Source of the DNA: Eledone cirrhosa
Lineage: Eukaryota
DNA: 64,000 nt
Direction: 5' to 3'
Assembly (NCBI GenBank): GCA_964016885.1
Contig: OZ024746.1
Location: 56,544,001 to 56,608,000 of the forward strand
Numbering within the stretch: position 1 is the stretch's first letter; the number at the start of each line of letters is the position of its first letter. A program made the translations under genes and the position numbers. The notes under the pieces are model-generated. The model was not told the DNA's origin, searched no databases, and saw nothing but the letters and a program-made list of their open reading frames with translations. Shown one piece after another: positions 45,467 to 58,967 of the stretch.

Positions 45467-46028
45467 TAATAGTAAATAGGAGGACTAAAATCCGAAGAGG
45501 GCTCGATAAGGATTATTTATATATAAGTATATATCTAAAAAACCAGTAGAGCAAATATTTAGGAAAATCCTGGTAAGGGTGAAAGTAGCGATTCTTTGCT
45601 TAAATTTGTATCTGTTATATTAATAAACACACACACAGCGACACACACACACACACATACATACATATATATATATATATACATATCCAATTTGTGTGTA
45701 TGATTGTGTAGATGATTGCTTATTTTTATACATTGTATATGTGTGTATATTTTCTTCTTTTACAATGTATTTGATTGGCTTCTTTTCTTGCTTTATTTTC
45801 CCTACATTCTGTTATTTCAGTTTTGAATTAAACTAAATATAATTTTACAGCTCCGTCACGAAGTATGCTGCACAAAATAACCGCATTGCTTCTATTGTTC
45901 GTCACACATAGAGATAAACATTCAACTACACTCCCATATACAATTACAATTATACTCTCCAAACGCACACATATATGTATTATATATATACACACGCACA
46001 CGCATACACACATATATATGTATGTATT

Positions 46029-46076
<48 letters not shown>

Positions 46077-46977
46077 CATAAATACATACACTGTATATAT
46101 ATATATATACATTCAATAAAAACAATATCGCAATTATTTGTCGATTCTGTCATTGTTGAAACGTTAATCAGTGTTTCTAAGCTGGATTAAAGTTCTCACG
46201 CTGAACAGAAAATATAAAAAAAAATGCAAGTGCATCCAAACAGATTGCCTTACTTCCCTTTCCACTTATTTGGAACATCCGTTCAATAATCAATTTCTAT
46301 TTTCAGATCGGAAATTCAGTCACTTTGTTACCATTACTCTTTTTTTTACATTCAACCAATCAGCGATCTCCCGTGTCAATGAAAAACACCCACCATTTTT
46401 GCAACAAATTCATAGTTCACTGGACAATAATTGTATAAAGATTCCATTATCGTCTTAAACGAAATGTTGTACGATGTCATTCTACTTGCTAAAAATATCA
46501 ACCAAATCTCCCTCAAATAACACAATATATTTTTAAAAAGACGCAAGTATTGTAGCTAATTCAATCCACTTCACGATAAAGAATATATGATGGATTTGTT
46601 AGCATGGATATGTACTTGATTATAGATCAGCTCAATCAGGATTTAGTTGGATTCTAAATATATATATACGAAAATACGATTTAGATTTATAAAACATGCC
46701 CTGCTGAATATATCTATTATTAACAACACTGAATTTATAACCATTCCCTCAATTTCTTCATGCATAGTCTGTCTGAAACTAAGTTATAAAATCTATATTT
46801 CTCGTTTATTCGTATGTTTTGAAGGAGACTTCGTTCCTCTTTCTCGCATGCAAAGTCTTCTTATTTTGACTCGTCCGAACAGTGATGAATACAGTTCATA
46901 TTTCTGTTGTTTGTATTTACAACACCTTATCTTGTGTGCTGTGTGAAATAACGCTAGTATAATAAAATAAAATATAT

Positions 46978-47162
46978 AATTGTTTCTACTTTTGGCACAA
47001 GGACATCAATTACCCAGTACATTAATGGTACTTTATTTTATCGACCCCGTAAGGATGAAACGCAAAGTTAACCTCGGCGGGATTTCAACTCAGACCGTTA
47101 AGGGACGTAACTATGCTGGAAAACATGGCGTCCGACCCTCTACCGATACTGCCAATCCACCA
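46978..47162 (-). mobile_element. MetaSINE-like SINE
   Basis: Family match. Confidence 0.87.
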
Positions 47163-47759
47163 ATGTCGGATAGAATGTGTTTCTATAGTTTCGAAGATTA
47201 TTTTTCCAGTTGTTCAATCAATGGAACAGCCTGTTGTGAAATTAAAATATAAGAGGTTAAGTACTCCACAGACTTACTGACCGTCTACATAGGGGCAAGC
47301 AAGGCCATGTTCGTAACCACGTGGTCACAGTCCCATTTCTGAACTCTTTGAATACGTATCTATTAGTTCAGCGAGATTCAGCGTGAACGTGACATGGTTG
47401 ACCCTTTGAATTACCGATATAAACCATCTTACTGAGTTCAAAAACCTTTCCATCAACCCAATTTCTCTCACAAGACAGATATTCAACTTAGAAAATGGTA
47501 ATTGTCATTGATCAAGTTGCCAGTATCTATTAAATTTGAAGCGAACCTCTTAAAAGTTCGCCCATGCTATAACCATGTTTCTCTAATGGACTTATACAAT
47601 AACACGATATTTTTTTCTTGGCGTCAAGAGTTTTTCTGCCATCAAAATTTCACTCTCAATACGTCGGTCAGATCGTAGTGACCAATGCACTACACAATAT
47701 AACTAAAAACAAATATATGCTAACACATATAGGCCTGCACCTATGATGTTTGTGTTTAT

Positions 47760-49330
47760 TTGTGCAGGACTAATTTAATGTTAATATTATGTAACCACAG
47801 GAATCAATTCAAAGAAGACAAAACTAACATCAGTGTTCAGGAATATCGTTCTTGCGTCGAGCTCCAGGCCTATCCTAAACAGCACTGACACACCGTCACC
47901 CATTCAAGGACGACTAAGAGAGGCAACGATCTCATAGTCGTCCGAAATGTGGGCTAGAACGTCGATGTCAGAAATCCTAGTCTGGCTGACGCAAGTCATA
48001 TCCATATCTAGTGACCTGAGGTGGTTCAGCAAGTAACCTTGCTTCAATGACGACCTCAGAACAGGAACATTTATGCATCCTACACTTACGATAACCATAT
48101 TGACTGGGTAGTCAATAGAAAAGAGGTACTCTTGGAGATAGTGTGGGTCGACCAACATATTAGATGTTTTTTTTTTTGCGATCTCCTTTAAAACCCTAAT
48201 GTCTCTTTCACATTATGGATCTCCGCCTCACGCGTAAAGCTTTCCCGAATGTGTTTGCAGGCAGCATGCGACATTCGTACCATGATTAGTGATTCCAGCA
48301 CTTTAAATAGGCTGGTGCCCTAAATTTCCCCATCTTTCTTCATATATTTACTTCGTGCTATCAGGGCCATCGATTCTTCTTTGTTCATTGTTATCAGCAC
48401 GAAGCTTTCTATATGTGATATTGCTGATTATTTTGTATGTTCCTGTGTTTTCTTTTGGTTGTGGCTACTTGTGGTATAGTTGATGGTAGTCTCGATTGTG
48501 GTGATATTCGCAGTTGGTGTGGGGTTTAATGTAGTATTGTTTTAGATCTGTTTTGTGTGGTGTGGGTGTGTGTTTTGTGTTTTCTGGGGTGGGCTTTGGT
48601 GTCGTGCAAGGAGCGTTGCCTGACTTTGTGTCTGTCTTTTTAAAAATCGTTTTGATTTGTGAGTTTTCTCTTCTTCAATATGTGAGAGAGAGGTGCATGT
48701 GTCTCTGATAATGGTGGAGGTGCTGGAATGTATGTCGCTGTGTGTGTGTGTGTGTGTGTGTGTGGGCGTTTAGATTGGATGGTTTTCTTGAGTCTCTATT
48801 TTCGGTAGTGTTTGGAGTTCGGTTTTTGGTGTTGTTCTTCTATCTGTAGTTGCTGCTGCCGTTATTGGTGTTGTTGCAGTTTTTTTGTTTTCCTTTAGAA
48901 GATGATGTTACTGCCAGGTATGGTGCAGCGGTTTTGTTGTTAGGTGTAGCTCTTTTTGGCAGTAAGGTTGTCTTCTGGTTTGCTATCGTGCTGAAGGGAA
49001 AGTCCACCGAAGTGGCTTCCTTGTCGATTCAGGGGGAAACGGTGTCACCTTCCCTCGACTAAAACATGCAAGATCAACTGTCCTGGAAGGCAAATGTGGT
49101 CTGAGATCTTATGGATATCGTCCGGTGTTATGTGGGTCAGTCACTCTACACTGATCACTGACCAAGTATATTACTTCTCTCTAGGAGAATGCAGACAATT
49201 AATCTTAAGATACATATTTCAGGTGGGATTCTGGAATCTTCCGACTTATTGTCATTCTCACGAAATAAGAGGTGTTCAATTTATACTTCTCTACCGACAA
49301 ATCAACACGGAGTGTTTCACTGTTTGAGCC
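47760..49330 (-). mobile_element. Decayed L1/Tx1-like LINE 5' half (ORF1 remnant and APE endonuclease N-terminus)
   Basis: ORF 47904-48158 IVSVGCINVPVLRSSLKQGYLLNHLRSLDMDMTCVSQTRI, followed by GVSVLF, resembles the APE NV.G...D...QET...GV motifs. The ORF1 extent is a guess. Confidence 0.6.
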
Positions 49331-49387
49331 ATACTTTTGACTGAAATACTCGCAAACAACCTTGACCTGGCGATGTGTTGTACTTCG

Positions 49388-49573
49388 GGGTGGATTGACA
49401 GTATCGGTAGAGGGTCGGACGCCATGCTTTCCAGCATAGTTACTCCCCTTTACGATCTGAGTTCAAATCCCGCCGAGGTTGACCTTGCCTTTCATCCTTA
49501 CGGGGTCGATAAAATAAAGTACCAGTAATGCACTGGTTAATTGCTGGCCTTGTGCCTAAAGTAGAAACAATTA
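49388..49573 (+). mobile_element. MetaSINE-like SINE
   Basis: Family match. Confidence 0.88.
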
Positions 49574-50399
49574 TTTCTTACAGTGCTCTTTCGATATCTG
49601 CCTGATTTGTTATGTCTTTGGATACGAATTTCTACGTAACCGTCTTTTTTCTGTGTTTCCGTCAATACCACGGGTGACGTAGGGGTCTAAAACAGCCCAT
49701 GATTTTTACAGTGTTATCAGTTTTGCTGCTTCGGCCAAACATATGCCTATTTCAGTGATATACATAACGACAATTCGATGCTTTTGGCAGCTGTTGCTGT
49801 AAATATGTTGTTCTTTTTGTGCTTATTGTCGTTGCTGTTATTGATGTTTTTGTTATTGTTTTTCACGTTGATCTTGTCATTTGTGTTGTCGCTGTCGTCT
49901 ATGTTAATGTCATTCCTGTTTTTTGTTACTGTTCTTGCAGTGGTGGTGGTGGTTTTATTAATGCCTGCAGTCGTTGCGGTGGTTTCACATTGGTAGATAT
50001 TTAATTTATGGCTGCTGCAGGAGACAATGAATTTTATTTAAATTGCTTTTAATGTTACTGTTGCTAATGTTGTTGTTGCTGCTGCTGTTGCTGTCATTAT
50101 TTTCAACATTTCGGTAGTTCCATTCTATGGATAGCCGGCCATTTTTTTTAGCGAAAGAAATATTGTGTCTCCCATTTTAATTTTGGCTGAAGATTGAGAA
50201 TAAGGTTTGAAAATTAAGTACAGGTTTGCCCCCTACGAAATGCTGTGTGAAATATACTATCCAGCTCACGAAGATACTGACTAGTTTAACTATAAAACAG
50301 TGACAATATTCCAATGTAGAATAACTGTGAAAATGGAACAAACATACAATAACTATGTAAATGAATATCCTCAAAGACTTAACAAAAAATATTATAATA

Positions 50400-50846
50400 A
50401 TAATGTTTACCATAGGCACAATGCCAGCAATTTGTAGGGACGGAAAAGTCGATTAAATCGATTCAAGTGCATTGCTGGAACTTTATTTTATCGACCCCGT
50501 AAGGATTAAAGGCAAAGCTGACCTCAGCGGGATTTGAACCCGGAACGTAAAGGAAACGTAACTCCTTGCCACATATCAGTGTCCGACAATCTACTGATAT
50601 TGGCAATCCGCCGCCCTTAATAATGATAATGGTTTCTTATATAGGTACATGGCCAGCAAATTTGTGGGAGTGGAAAGTCGATCAAATCTACCCCACGCGT
50701 CACTGGTACTTTATTTTATCGATCCCGTAAGGATGAAAGGCACATTTAACCTCGGCAGAATTTGAACCGAGATCTTAAAGGGCCGTAACTCTATGTTGCA
50801 AAGTATGATCTCCGACTCTACCGATACTGCCAACCCGGCGCCCTTA
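50400..50846 (-). mobile_element. Two tandem MetaSINE-like copies
   Basis: Family match twice, separated by a TAA-rich linker. Confidence 0.85.
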
Positions 50847-51284
50847 ATAATGATAATAATAATTGAACATACAACCTCACGGCTGAGAACAAAATGCTCT
50901 AACTACTATGACATGTCCATTCGCTTCATTTGATAAAGAATAGCAAAATAATAGCGAGAGAAAACGGTACAACAGTAATGGAAGCTAGACAGCAGAATGC
51001 AGCAATATATCAGAAAAAGCATTGCTATAGACGTGCAAGCAACAAACATGTGCCTGAATAGACCGTACCTTTAAACCGTCGGACAAAAGTGTAATTGGCA
51101 TTTAGTACAGTTCTGAGATCCAATTGCACCGAGGTAATCTTTCCCTTTCATCTTTCCAGAGTCGATGAAAAAAAAAAAATAGTTGTAAAATAAACTACTA
51201 CACATTCTTGTACTTGCACCTGAGGTGGAACTCATTATTCTTATTATTGTTGTTCTTATACATATTATAAAAGAATATGTATGT

Positions 51285-51330
<46 letters not shown>

Positions 51331-52165
51331 CAGAGAGAGACAGAAGGGATACAAATTAATAGACATATATATATATATATATATAGCTAAATATGTGTAT
51401 GTGTATGATTGAGCGTATGTTATTCATACGAATACATTAAAAAAAAAAAATTCTAAGATGCGATCATTCAATTGCTAATTTTTTAAAGTATTGTAAAAGT
51501 TAATCTTGTACAGCTATATCCAGATTATAACACTAAACTTTGTCAGACTAGATAGAAAGAAATTACACAAAATATACTTAGTATTTTAATCCCGCATATT
51601 AATTTTTATTCTAAGGGGCAGTTCATATTTCAAAGAACCTTTCGTTTTAAAAATCTATATCATTTATTCTTCAATTCCTGCATGGCATTTACTGTCGTTT
51701 GTGCGTGCGTGCGTGCGTGTGTGTGTGTGTGTGTGTGGTGGCGGAGAGGGTGCTGCGTGAGTGTGTGTGTGTGTGTGTGTGCGCGTGTGTGTGTGTGTGT
51801 CTGTGTGTGTGTGCGTGTGCGTGTGGGTGTGTGTGTGTGTGTCTGTGTCTGTGTCTGTGTTCTCTGACTATACGTTCTTATGGTGCATTGCAGCATATCA
51901 TGTGATAAGGTTATTCTAACCTCTAGGACCAAATCATACAGTTGCCCCTTTTTATTTAGTTTGATACATTGTTGTTTGTAGTTCTGAATACATTTTATGT
52001 TTTTTTTTTGTTACATTGAAAGAGTTGTTTTGATGAAGTTATGTATTTTATCCAGTAAAATAATTTTTAAAGTCAGATTTGCATTTCGCATATACGTAGA
52101 ATATATTACTATCTGCTTTGTCTGTTATCAATATCTCTATCTCTCTCTCTCTATATATATATGTG

Positions 52166-52255
<90 letters not shown>

Positions 52256-52834
52256 TACTGATGACGGACATTCTTGTTTCTCGATCTATTTTTATTCATT
52301 CGCAACAACGCAGCTCGCCATTTTCCATTCACATATATGTTTTCCCTACGCTGCAGTTCGCATTTTTTCTGTCACCTTACTGCTATCATCTTTCTCCCTC
52401 CCCTTCTCTCTATTTCACCTCTTGCTTTCCTGTACTCCCGCTGCTGGTCACTCACTCTCGGCTGGCCCATTCTTCACACTTACACTCACTCACTCTCTGC
52501 TACTCCTCTTCTCTCACTTCCTCCCGTCTGACCTGCGTGAGATATCCTTTCCTCTCACTGTTCTCGTGGCTCGGACGCGTCTGTTTCTTCTCGTCATTTG
52601 ATTTGTCGGACTTAAGCCCACAATATTCATTGACTTGTCTCTCTTTTCCTCTCTTTACGTTGCATTACTGCCATGTTGTTTGTTTCCTTTCCTCTGTTTT
52701 CCTCTGTCCCGATAACTTAATTTAGTCATCGCTCGCCCTGAATTTATGTATCTAGTCTTTAATGCGAAGATATAACTGAATTATCAGCAGAGTACTGATG
52801 ACGGACATTCCTGTTTCTTGGTCTATTTGTATTC

Positions 52835-52866
<32 letters not shown>

Positions 52867-53589
52867 ATGTGTGTGTGTCTATGTGTGTGCGTGAGTGTGT
52901 GTATTTGAGCGTTTATGTGTGTGTAACTGTGTGTGAGGGAAAGAGTGTGTGTGTTTGCGTGTGCATGCGAACATTTAAAACTCAGGAAAACAATTCATTA
53001 TAATATTGTTATACTCTGTTAGAAAAAGAATCATAACGTTTATGCAGTCAGTCCTTCATTGCAAGACAGAATCAGAGATAGAAGAAAAAGAAAGATTAAA
53101 AGCGATTAATATAAGAAAAAAAGAGGAAACACTCATACACTCTCTCTCACATATTTGTATATATAGTAGTAAGAAACTCTCAGGAGAGCTAGACAGCAGA
53201 AGAACTTCAGAGAAGAACTTCCCTTCATGCAAGTGTTTCGGCTCCTAAATCCCTTACGCGCTTAGGGCGTTGGGACTCATCCAGTTCATAAGTCCCGAGT
53301 ACCCTTCTGACATTTTTAACCACTATATTATCGGAGACTTGTTGTGCATTTAAACCGAATGGACATTGTTTTGACAAGAGCTACCCAGAAGAGGTCTCCA
53401 TAGCCTCTAATTTCAAACTTATATTTAAACGTTTTATTCCGCGTGGAGAAATAACGGTGTTAGTCATGGTAGCGGTGAGACGTCAACAGCGTCATGGCCG
53501 TCGACAAATTTACATGTATTACACATTTGACATTACGTAAATTAGCGTACATTAAAATACGAACATATTAGCCTCAAACGGTATAAAAA

Positions 53590-54362
53590 AAGTTACGGCC
53601 CTTTATAATCCGAGTTGAAATACCACCGTGGTTAACTTTGCCTTTCATCCTTAAGGGGTCGGTAAAATAAAGTACCTGTAATACACTGGGATCATTGCTG
53701 GCCTTGTGCCAAAAGTAGAAACAATTATTATTAGTAGTAGTACGAGTAGTAGTTGGGCCGTGGAGTGGCAGTAACGGAGGAGGTTCGGTCACCATGCTTT
53801 GTAGCATAGATTTACGGCCCTTTACGATCTGAGTTGAAATCCCACTGTGGTTAACTTTGCCTTTCAGCTTACGGTGGCGGTAATATAAAATACCAGTCCC
53901 GTATTGGGTTTGATTTAATTGACTTTCCCCTCCTCCCTAATTGCTGGCCTTGTGCAAAGAAAGCATTATTATTAGTAGTGGGGGATTGGCAGTATCGGTA
54001 GAGGGTCGGACGTTATCCTTTGACGCATAGAGTTACGGCCCTTTCCCTTCTGAGTTCAAATCCCGACGAGGTCAACTTTTCCTTTCATCCTTACGGGGTC
54101 GATAAAATAAAGTACCAGTAATGTACTGGGTATTTGCTGGACTTGAGCCAAAATTAGAAACAATTATTAGTGGTGGGGAATTGGCAGTATCGGTAGAATT
54201 TCGGACGCCATGCTTTGCAGCATAGAGTTACGCCCCTTTATAGTCTGAGTTCAAATCCCGCTGAGGTCACTTTGACTTTAATGCTTACGGAGGTCGATAA
54301 AATAAAGCACCAGTAATGTACTGAAATAATTGCTGGCCTTGTGCCAAAAATAGAAACAAATA
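53590..54362 (+). mobile_element. Four head-to-tail MetaSINE-like copies
   Basis: Copies at ~53590-53730 (5'-truncated), 53760-53965, 53980-54170 and 54173-54362, linked by ATTATTAGTAG. Confidence 0.87.
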
Positions 54363-54683
54363 TTAGTAGTGGTAGTAATAACAATATTAGTATTATTATC
54401 ATCATCATCATCATCATCATAATCATCCTCATCACTAGAATATCCATTATAGCCATCGTTGAGGCCGTTCTGACAATAAATCAATAACAGCCACTTGTCG
54501 CCACCAAAGACAATTTATTACGGAATAAAACATTGCATAAATGCTTTACATTCTGTTGATAACGTTTTAACCATAATCTGCTACTCCTCATACGACTATT
54601 TACCATTACCATCATTCTCAACGTCAAGTTCGCGTCATATTCCTCATTAAAGTCATCGTCATTATCATCAACTTGATCACCAC

Positions 54684-54767
<84 letters not shown>

Positions 54768-54826
54768 AGTGCTCTATGTAGGTAACTGAGCTTAATAGTT
54801 ATGTAATAAACAACATAAGGCAATTA

Positions 54827-54887
54827 TTTCATTTACCAGTGGTTTCTTAAAAGCAAACAAATTTCGCTTTCAATCATCAGAATGAAA
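54827..54887 (-). ncRNA. Type I hammerhead, same family as 19063-19122
   Basis: Minus strand: UUUCAUU-CUGAUGA-stem II-GAAACCACUGGUA|AAUGAAA, in insert 54764-54925. Confidence 0.82.
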
Positions 54888-55627
54888 ATATCCTGGTGTA
54901 TTTATTGGCATTGGTTTTTAAAAACAAAAATATAATCTATATGAAACTGAGGCCGGAAAAAGGAAGAAGGAAAGGAAAAATAAACACACATGCAAACACA
55001 CACACACACAATTATACACATACACGTATATATAGACATACACACATACATACACACACGCATATACATACACACACACACATATATATGTGTATATATA
55101 TACATACACATACATATACACATACATACACACATAATTATCAACATATCAATACATACACATACATACAAATACACAAACGTGCATACACAGACACACA
55201 CACACATATACATGCATATATATATATATATATACATAAACATATATATACATACATACACACATACATACACACATATATACACGCATACATACGCATG
55301 CACAAATATAGAAACATGTACACACATCTACATACTCACACCCACAAATAAATATAAGAAAAAATATAATAATAAAAACACGGTCACATCAGAATAAAAA
55401 TGAATATAAAAATTATTAGTGTTGACAGCGATGCAGGCAACAAATAAATGAACAAACACACGTGGTAAGCAATACACACAATTGCACGTACACATACATA
55501 CGAAAAAATAAATACATACACACACTCTCAAACATACACATACATATACAAATACATATACACATACATACGCATACACATATACATATATACATACACA
55601 CACACACACATATACATATATACACAA

Positions 55628-55670
<43 letters not shown>

Positions 55671-55674
<4 letters not shown>

Positions 55675-56666
55675 TATATGATAAACATTTACATGTTTTA
55701 ATTGCAAATGACTAATAAAATAGTTAGGATGAAATATCTTAATTCAAGTACATATAGTTTGCCTGTACGATCTAAAAAATAATAAATCAATACTCACAAA
55801 CCCATATGGGCAAAATGCCTTGGTACCTAGACACGTTTAAATTTCAAAATACAAACTTTTTCCGCAGATCGGTCAGAACTTCACACTTTAAACATGTTTC
55901 ACAAAAGATGGTATAATAGTGAAATAATTAATTAATTAGTAGTGAGTTAAGTAATTTTCTGTGTTTATCAATAGGTACCCAGATAAATTAAGTAATTTCA
56001 CCTCAGAAAAATCTCTAAGGTCTGGTTAACGTAGCGAAAATACACGAGGTTTTGCACACGACTTATTCCAGTCCTCTAACCTCCCACACATAGTGCTAGA
56101 AATAACAGCCGTTTATATGGGATTACAAATTCAGCTCGACTGCGGGAGCATTAATATAATATAACTTAGAGTTTACACTCAAAAAGGGTCATTTACAATT
56201 ATTTCAGCTCTAAGAATCGCTTCTGAGCAGTATAAATTAATATATGATAAACATTTTTCTGAGGTAAAGTTACTTAATTTATCTGGGTACCTATTGATAA
56301 ACACAGAAAATTAATTAACTCACTACTAATTAATTAATTATTTCACTATTATACCATCCTTTGTGAAACATGTTTAAAATTTGAAGTTCTGACCGATCTG
56401 CGGAAAAAGTTTGTATTTTGAAATTTAAACGTGTCTAGGTACCAGGGCCTTTTGCCCATATGAGTTTGTGAGTATTGATTTATTATTTTTTAGATCGTAC
56501 AGGCAAACTATATGTATTTGAATTAAGATATTTCATCCTAACTATTTTAATAGTCAATTGCAACTAAAACATGTAAATGTTTATCATATATTAATTTATA
56601 CTGCTCAGAAGCGATTCTTAGAGCTGAAATAATTGTAAATGACCCCATTGAGTGTAAACTCTAAGT

Positions 56667-56668
<2 letters not shown>
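55671..56668. mobile_element. About 565-bp monomer (minus, just over one copy) plus 413-bp inverted copy
   Basis: TTAATATATGATAAACATT at 55671 and about 56237. 56256-56668 is the reverse complement of unit sequence running across the monomer junction. (TA)n flanks. Confidence 0.85.
56285..56445 (+). ncRNA. Large type I hammerhead with U3-A8 core; minus copy at 55821-55980
   Basis: GGUACCUA-UUGAUAA-ACA..(long)..UGU-GAAA-CAUGUUUAAA..(long loop)..UUUAAACGU-GUC|UAGGUACC. 8-bp stem I and 11-bp stem III. Confidence 0.8.
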
Positions 56669-56717
<49 letters not shown>

Positions 56718-56900
56718 CATACATATCCATACATACATACACATACATATAATATACATACATATCTCAAACACAGACATACAAATACAGACACACACAT
56801 ATATGTATGTGTGTAAAACTCATTCCTAGATGTATTCATACGAACCTTGTTTAACACTAAAATATATATACATATACATACACATATATACATATACATA

Positions 56901-56971
<71 letters not shown>

Positions 56972-57266
56972 ACACACATATACATACACATACGTATGCA
57001 TACATACATACACACACACATAATTATATATATATATATATATATATAAGAAAAACATAAATATTATATATATAAAAAAACCTAAATATTGTATATATAA
57101 AAATAAAAATAAAAAAGTTGGGAATACGACAACTAATAAATAAAAAAAATAATTAGTAAAGGGTATAAATGTTTATGGCTGATTTAGAGCACTCAACAAC
57201 TTCCTGGAGCAAATAGTCAATGAAAATAAACATTAAATCACTGTATGTAATTATGCATATACATAA

Positions 57267-57339
<73 letters not shown>

Positions 57340-57560
57340 TATATACATACACACACAAACACAACCACAAAAATACACACACACATACATATACGTATAT
57401 ATATATACATACATAGGAAAAAGTATGACCCCACGGCAGAGCTCAAGCCTTTTCTGAGGCTACTATATATACACACAAAACCATTATATAAAAATACATA
57501 TACACGCACAAATATACACACGCCCACACACACACACATTAAATCTATATATATACAAAT

Positions 57561-57707
<147 letters not shown>

Positions 57708-57785
57708 TATATACATATATATATACATATATATATATATATATGAAAATAAACCAAAGAAGCCTTCAATACATCAAAAGTCTTT

Positions 57786-57832
57786 ATTAGCCAACAATGT
57801 TTCATCGTATTAAGGACTCATCAGGGCAATTA
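57786..57832 (-). ncRNA. Minimal type I hammerhead ribozyme in PLE 3' UTR
   Basis: Minus strand: GCC-CUGAUGA-GUC(cuuaauac)GAU-GAAAC-AUU-GUU|GGC. Confidence 0.75.
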
Positions 57833-58007
57833 AAGCTATAAGAAGCACTATCAGCCAATACAAGCCGAAATATATACACACTCACAAATACAACAGAAGC
57901 ATATAATATACAATTATATATACATATACATATACATACAGATAAACATAAACATACATACACACACATATATATACACATATATACACACACGCACACA
58001 TATATAT

Positions 58008-58062
<55 letters not shown>

Positions 58063-58259
58063 CACATATACAGACATATACGCAACACACATGCACACAC
58101 CCAAAAATAAATATCTAAAAATAAGAAAATTTGGTATGTGAAGGGTAAGGCAGAAAGTAGGGGGGGGGGGGAAATTAAGGAAAATAAATGACATAGGAAA
58201 AGGTTTAAATATAAGGGGAGATAAGGGAGAAAGAGAATACAAGAGTACAGAACGAGGAT

Positions 58260-58953
58260 TCAGCCTGGTAAAAAAAAACGTAGTGGAAGTAAAGAGCAGA
58301 GAAGGTGTTCAAGTGGTTGAGTTATCGTAGGAATATCAATCCAGTTACAGATAAGATGCGATTTCAGTTGAGGACAACATCTGAAGATCTCGGTCTTTGA
58401 GTTCAGGCAAGCAGAAGTGGCTTTCATGTTTTGTAAAATCTTATATTTTTCCGTGGTACACAAAGAACAATTCTTTGTGCCTCTTTGGTATTCCCTCGAA
58501 TGGTCTAAAATAGACCAATCGATAGAGTACGGGATGTTTTTCTCCTTGAATTCCCACACCTTACCTGCGAGGGCCGTTACTGTACTTTTATCGGAGTGCT
58601 TAAAAGAAGCGACATGTGCATAAAACCTGGTTTTAAACTTGTCCTGGATCATGCCAACATATGCTCACTCCTGGCTGGCTGGTTGTTGATTAAACGTGTC
58701 ACTTTGGCCTCTTAAAAAACGGATTTGGTGTTACATTTGCCCTGTAATGGGCATTCATCCGGCTTTCTGCAACTGCATCCTGCATTTGTTCTCGTACGAT
58801 TCGAATTAGTGATCTTAGACTTCAATGATGGGCAACAAGAATAACTGATATTAACTACATTTCTATTAAATATCTTATAATATCTATGATTAGGAGGAAA
58901 ATGTTTTTCTAAGAGATCAAGGAATTTCCTTCCTACATTAGTTTTGACAGTTA
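58260..58953 (-). pseudogene. Disrupted PLE ORF fragment (GIY-YIG endonuclease)
   Basis: TAA at 58712-58714 replaces the Tyr of the first GIY-equivalent motif (VF*). Frameshift near 58665 before YVG. Confidence 0.85.
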
Positions 58954-58967
58954 GATATATATGTATA

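Larger units (their letters stand above)
57745..58953 (-). mobile_element. Penelope-like element remnant, probably Hydra clade: end of RT/linker, GIY-YIG endonuclease, 3' UTR with HHR
   Basis: Minus-strand translation from 58953 gives LTVKTNVGRKFLDLLEKHFPPNHRYYKIFNRNVVNISYSCCPSL..GCSCRKPDECPLQGKCNTKSVF*EAKV, then a frameshift to AYVGMIQDKFKTRFYAH..W..CSLCTTEKYKI..LNSKTEIFRCC (ORF 58260-58652). Flanked by TA repeats. Clade call from recalled motif similarity. Confidence 0.88.

Noticed and set aside
53230-53290. HHR-like motif on minus strand (CUGGAUGA..GAAAC)
   Set aside because: Extra G in the core and no valid NUH site or stem I.
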